Shown in pieces: positions 51,900-64,000 of a stretch of 64,000 nucleotides of DNA (position 1 is its first letter; every line of letters starts with the position of its first letter). The DNA lies in the NCBI GenBank assembly GCA_963693365.1, contig CAVNZM010000009.1:9219408-9283407 (forward strand), in the 5' to 3' direction. The position numbers were made by a program, and so were the translations under genes. A model generated the notes under the pieces. That model had not been told where the DNA came from. It was given only the letters and a program-made list of their open reading frames with translations, and ran no database searches. Origin of the DNA: Amoebidium appalachense (Eukaryota; Protista; Ichthyosporea).

Positions 51900-52673
51900 A
51901 TGAGCATAGTGACGACTTACTACCGTAAATTAAACTCCTTAATGCTAGCACTATCCCAGCTCGTAAAGACTTGAATTCCAGAATAATATATGTAACACTT
52001 GAACATCGGAAGTTGAATGTGATAGCAAAGAAACACGGGGAAAGCCGTGTATATTGAATCTTGAGTCCTAGACTTCCCGAAAGGTCCCTCTCCCTACCGT
52101 GACTGGGATCTCAGATTGCCCCACCCAAGTTGACGGACACAAAATGCGTCTATGAGAGCTTACTTGTTAGTTGTGTGATAAGCATAATGAATTCGTTCCA
52201 TGCTCCTACACACAAAGAAAGGCTAAGTGGCTAGAATGTGGAAATCCGTTCTCTCTTCTCCGAAATGACGAAACTGGCCACGGTAGTGGGCCGCCGGCTG
52301 GCGGACGTAAACAAGAAAGCCAACCAGAGATGGCTTGGTCACCAACAACATAAGTACTGCCGGCGATGCAAAACCGGCTTATATATTTAAACAATTTAAC
52401 ATTTTCTTTTTTAGTTCGCAAAAATTGTTTAACCTGCAAATTTGGATGTGGATGTTTAGGTGTTTGGCGGCAGCCGGAAGTGTAGCCTTGAACGATGTTT
52501 TTCTGTGACGTAAGCTCGTTCATTCAAACCAGAGAGGCGCCTTTTTTTCGTTTTCGGTCCTTGAGTCAAAGCCGACACCTGCCTTAGGGAAACGAGGCCA
52601 GAAGCTTGATACTACTTTTTTTTAGTGTTAGTAACGGGGGGTAAAAGGTCGCTAGAGTCCCACAACCGTAAGA
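51900..52673. promoter_or_regulatory. Bidirectional promoter between the PAK-like gene and PSMA1
   Basis: Head-to-head genes. A probable PAK 5'UTR exon ends at a donor (CAG|gtaagc) at 51850. The interval is microsatellite-free and contains GCCGGAAGTG (52473-52482) and TGACGTAA (52506-52513). Confidence 0.55.
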
Positions 52674-59052
<6,379 letters not shown>

Positions 59053-59371
59053 GTGGTGATGGGGCCTGGGGCCTCTGTGGGAGGAGAAATAATAAAAAGA
59101 AAAATTGTGATATCATGTGGCTTGTGTGATGGTGGTAGTGTTTGGACTGGTGAGATGTGTAACAGTTCGCCACAGTCGGCATTGGTGCAGGCTTGGGCCA
59201 ATAATTCGAATAACCGTTCTTCTAAAGCTCAACGGTTACCTGCCGCTGCCATTCGCATCCGCGATTTATTGTTCAATCCGCCCATATCTTTGCAGACTGA
59301 CTGCAGTGTGGCCTAGGACGGACCTTTTGTATCTGACATTCTTGGAAACTAAATTGAAACAATACGAATCC

Positions 59372-59414
<43 letters not shown>

Positions 59415-59619
59415 GTGTGTGTGTGCGCGCACGTGTGTGCACGTGTGTGCGGGGGGAGGGGCCGGGTGGGGGTGGGTAGGGGGGGGGGGGTCGTGTGACT
59501 TTGGGTCCCGGACTTCCCCCCTCCCCCCCTCCCCCCCCCCTCCCCCCTCTCTCTCTCTCTCTAGATCTCTCTCTCGGATTCTCTTTCGCTCTGAGATCTA
59601 GACTCTAGTCTCCGAGACT

Positions 59620-59705
<86 letters not shown>

Positions 59706-61232
59706 CTCTCTCTCTCCCCCATCCCCCCCCCTCTCTCTCTCTCACCGCCCCCCCCCCCCCCCCCCCCCCCCCCGGCCCCCCAGACCTCACCCCCCGCTGT
59801 ACATGTTATCGTGTCCGGCCGCACACGTGCACGTTCATTCGAGCTCTCGAGTGCTAGTTCTTCTTGTATCTCCCCCTCCACCCCCTCCCCCTCCCTTCCC
59901 CCTCATCAGCTAATAATATTATGCTACATTATACTGCGGCAGCTCGCGAGCTGCAGCCACTGGCGGCCTCTCAGGCAGCCGGGTGCCAGCTGTGACAGCT
60001 GCAACGTTCGACTATATATGTTGTCACGTAACATGTACATGTACATGTGTTAGGACCGGGTTGCCAACGAGTGGACTGTACATGTGCAAGGAGCAAGTCC
60101 CGCTATGTACAAGAAAAAACAAGGAGTGGCAAACGGAGAGGGCACGTAGTGTTAGCGCGTCAACTCATGAGTATGTATTCATGTGTGGCTTGCTATGTTG
60201 GTGGGGGTAGCCGTGGGCGTGCACGAGATCATAGCACCTGTTTGCGTTTGATGTGGAATGGCGCCGTTGCTAGGCACGTTGCAGTGGAATGTGTCTGATA
60301 GATCCAAAGGTTTGCAAAGCCAATCAAATGCTTTCCCGCGTCTTCCTGTACATTTCGAAATTGTGCCAAGATATCTTGAGCTTTTGATACATTTGATGAC
60401 TATTTTTTCGTTCCATAATATGGTAAACCTTTTCCCAACACCATTACTTGGTGAAATTTGCATGTTTTTTGATTTAAATATATGGAAGAACAGAGGTTCC
60501 GAAACATACTGCTTCACCACTGACAAAAAGATTGGGGCACAAGATTGGGCTCTTTTTTACGCAAACCGAAGGGGGTAAATCTCCTTCCATATTTGGTATC
60601 TTTGGCTCTTTTCAGCACCTTGGTTTCGTGTTGTATTATGCATTAAAAATAATATACAAGAACTGTAGCTATTTCTCATATTGTTTTGGTGATTTTTTAT
60701 TCTTTACTATACAAATAACACTCTTGTGAGTGCTTGAATTACGGCTTCACAGCAGCAAACTATCTGTTCACCTGCTCCATCTAGCATCATCTGATTGGTG
60801 CGCTATGTGTTTCTTATCTCCTCATCGTGTGCGCTGCGGTCTTTTGTTTACGGCTGTGTCCGCAGCTGGTTGAAGTACCAGTACATAGAATACACTGATA
60901 GCTATTATTATTGTATTGCCCACTATGTGGCTTTTCAACAAATAGGGGACGAGGAACTAATACCGTTAGAGAATAACTAGAAGGGAACAAGTGCAGTAGT
61001 TCACCTGTGGGCGTAAAAACTAACTCTCGCATCCAGATCCAGTTCGATCCCGTTGTTGTCGTTCAGCACACATAAGTTAGTGCTAGAGAACAAGCAAGCC
61101 ACAATAATACGTTACGTCTTGGAATCAGGAGAATAATAAGTGCCATTGTCTATCTTACGATACTGAGAAGTTGAAACTCGGCTGTCTTGGTAAGCATGCA
61201 CACAGACCTCGTCGTCTAATATACACGCAAAC

Positions 61233-62685
61233 ATGGAACGCACAGCACAATTGCAGGCACCCCAAAACGCCCAGCCCTCCCCCACACACGCCCCCAAGTG
61301 GCTGATAAAACATGAACCGGGTGCAACCCATCCTCTGTGGTCGGGCGGAATGATGGACCCCACAAAAGGCCCACATCTCATATTCCGTGCCCCGGAGGGA
61401 ATGAGCGAGTTGCCTTTTAGGGCACCCATCACACACCCATCTATGATGTTTATGCCTGGCGCAGTTAGAAATATTCCTCCCCCCCGACCACCCCTTCCTG
61501 TTCCCCGGCCTGATATGACCAAGCCGCGGGCGGAAGCGGTGGACGATGGCCAGTTTGCGACACTCGGCAGCAAGCGTGCATACGGCATAGGCCAGTGGTA
61601 TGTAAAAGAACACAACACTCGAATACATCTCTTGCAGATCTCCCCCCTCCCCCTCCCCCTCCCACACACACACGTGCGCGCTCACTCGATTACCCAAACA
61701 CGGACATCACCTCCTTTGCCACTTTTCCCTTTCGGCCCCCGTTCATTCCTTTTTCCCCAAGCCACGCCATCAACGCAAACATTATGCACTATCACACCAA
61801 TGCACTGCACCCATACAAACACGATTCAGAGATTGACACCCTCAATCCCACTCACACTTGCAACAACCCCGTTGATTAGAATTGCCAGCAACATAGAAAA
61901 CCGCACTTATTACACTACAGTTCGGACTGGAGACCCAGGAAATGCTGTGAAACTATACACAGGCACCACACAGAAGGCTGTGTATATTATAACACAACGT
62001 TTCCCTCTCAGATCTCTACCAAGACAGACACCCATTTGTTCCATCTATAGAACACACCACCACCATCGTGCACATTGCCTACTACGACTACGATCCTAGG
62101 TATACAAGCATGTGCACACAGATGTAAAAGCACGAACGTAGAAGCATGGACGCAGAAAAAGTTTTTTTAATACACAACACCTGCGCAAGTGTATACAGAC
62201 ATCTTGGGCACGAGGGCACCCATACACGTGTGTGCGCGCACACTCACACACACGTGCGCATACACACACACACACACACCCGCACACACACACGTTTTAT
62301 CTACTGTATTTTTAACAACATAATGTGTTCTTGACCTTAGTCAGGTTGTGTGTATTCTTTTACACTTGTACCCACACCCACATCACCGAAAGACAAATAC
62401 GCCCAAACACACACGACCCCCCCTCCCGTCCAACCATGCGCGCGTGCACGCACATGCACACACACACACACACACAAACACAGTAAGCCAACACTACAGG
62501 TAGCCACACAAGGCTTTAACCCCTCCCCTCACCACCTCCACTGCAATGTATTTTCCACCATGGATGAGTGCACTTCTTACTCTGTTACACATGCTAACCC
62601 GCCCACACACACACACACCACCACCACTCTACGCTTCTCCGTCCCCCTTATCCTTTCCCTTCCCCCTCCTTCTCCAATGTACACA

Positions 62686-62730
<45 letters not shown>

Positions 62731-63448
62731 ACAGGCTTGTGAACAACTATGAGATAGCAGATGGGCACAGTGTACCCCGGCAGTCTGTCTTTGAACACTA
62801 TGAGGAGTCATGCCGCCTTCTAGGCCAAGACCCAATCAACAATGCCACGTTTGGAAAACTGATCCGCGCGGTGTTTCCAAGCCTAAAAACACGCCGCTTG
62901 GGCACCCGAGGACACTCAAAGGTGTGTGTATTGTTGGATGTTTGGCATGAAATTTTGTTTCTTTGTATTGAATGGAAGAAATGCAGGATGACCATAAGCT
63001 CTTAACTTTGGTTGTTTTTGCCTTTTGTTTGTGGATGGGTGGATGTGTGTGAGGAGGAATGGGTGGTATTGATGCTATAAGGTGGTTGGGAGCAATTGAA
63101 GCAAAATGAGATTCTTCATAAGTCTGTCTATCAGTCTATCACTCACATTGGAATCGATGCTGTGCACCGATGCGGTTCATTTCAGCATTAGTTGTCCTGT
63201 CAATCTGGAGAACTAGAGGTATTAAGATAAAGTCATCGTGTGTGTGGAGGTGGGGGGGGGGAGGGGGGGGGGGGGGGGGGGATAGGTTGTGTGCGTGTAT
63301 GTGTTGATGTTGTGTAGGTGTGTATTTGTGGCAGTTGGGGTGATGCACATGCTCATGTATCCACACAGTACCACTACTACGGCATCCGGAGAAGAGCAAC
63401 ACCAAAAGTTGACGCAGCTGGTGGCCAGGCGGGCCACCCACAAGACAG
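61233..63448 (+). CDS. RFX-family winged-helix transcription factor (5' part; continues beyond the window)
   Basis: Exons 61233-61597, 62735-62921 and 63369-63448 splice to WLVNNYEIADGHSVPRQSVFEHYEESCRLLGQDPINNATFGKLIRAVFPSLKTRRLGTRGHSKYHYYGI, the RFX DNA-binding domain. The start codon is tentative. Confidence 0.92.
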
Positions 63449-63526
63449 GTGTGTGTACGTGTATGTGTGTGTGTGTGTGTGTGGTTGGGTACGTGTGTTG
63501 TGTTTTTGGGTGGGTGGATGGGTGGT

Positions 63527-63564
<38 letters not shown>

Positions 63565-63720
63565 CTGGTTGTTTGGGTGGGTGATGGTATGTTTACCTGT
63601 AGTACAGTACGGGTAGTTGAGGCCTTTTTTGGCCAAGTGTTTTCTTTCTTTCTTTTACTTCCTTTCCTGTCTCTTCCATACCTTGGTGGTGGTGGTGGCT
63701 GGAAGAGAACGGGAGGGGGA

Positions 63721-63760
<40 letters not shown>

Positions 63761-64000
63761 GGGGGGACGATAGAAACCGAACTACAATCAGGTAGCACGT
63801 TGAGATGAAGGTTTATGATTATTTATTTATTTTTTCCCTTTTGGAAGGGGGGGGGGGGGGGGGGGGGAGGGGAATACGTGAAGTCTTTTAAAGTTTCAAT
63901 AGGGATGCTACAAAAAGTGTGAATGTTGCCGGAGGTATAGCCTGTGCGCTTATATATCACCTCTACGCCCATCCTCACCCCCTTCCCCCTCGCCCTGCGC

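Overview
Intron-rich eukaryotic DNA, saturated with (CA)n/(GT)n microsatellites and poly-C/poly-G runs. The gene set suggests a unicellular holozoan or other opisthokont, but that is inference. Nearly all listed ORFs are repeat noise. Manual splicing gives five multi-exon genes: the 3' part of an ASAP-type ArfGAP-ankyrin-SH3 gene (+), a long coiled-coil gene with a BICD/BICDR-like C-terminus (-), a PH-PBD-kinase PAK/Cla4-like gene (-), proteasome subunit alpha6/PSMA1 (+), and the 5' part of an RFX transcription factor (+). There is also an intronless ORF with an ADP-ribosyltransferase-like N-terminal motif and a decayed triplicated module. The most notable signal is a dispersed ~280-nt intronic element with about 14 copies or fragments, all sense to the host pre-mRNA. 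Its diverged copies share covarying helices, a canonical kink-turn, two pseudoknot pairings and every hammerhead core motif (CUGANGA, GAAAC, GUH), in an order that fits no standard hammerhead type. It is a candidate new ribozyme topology carried by a mobile element; activity is untested.
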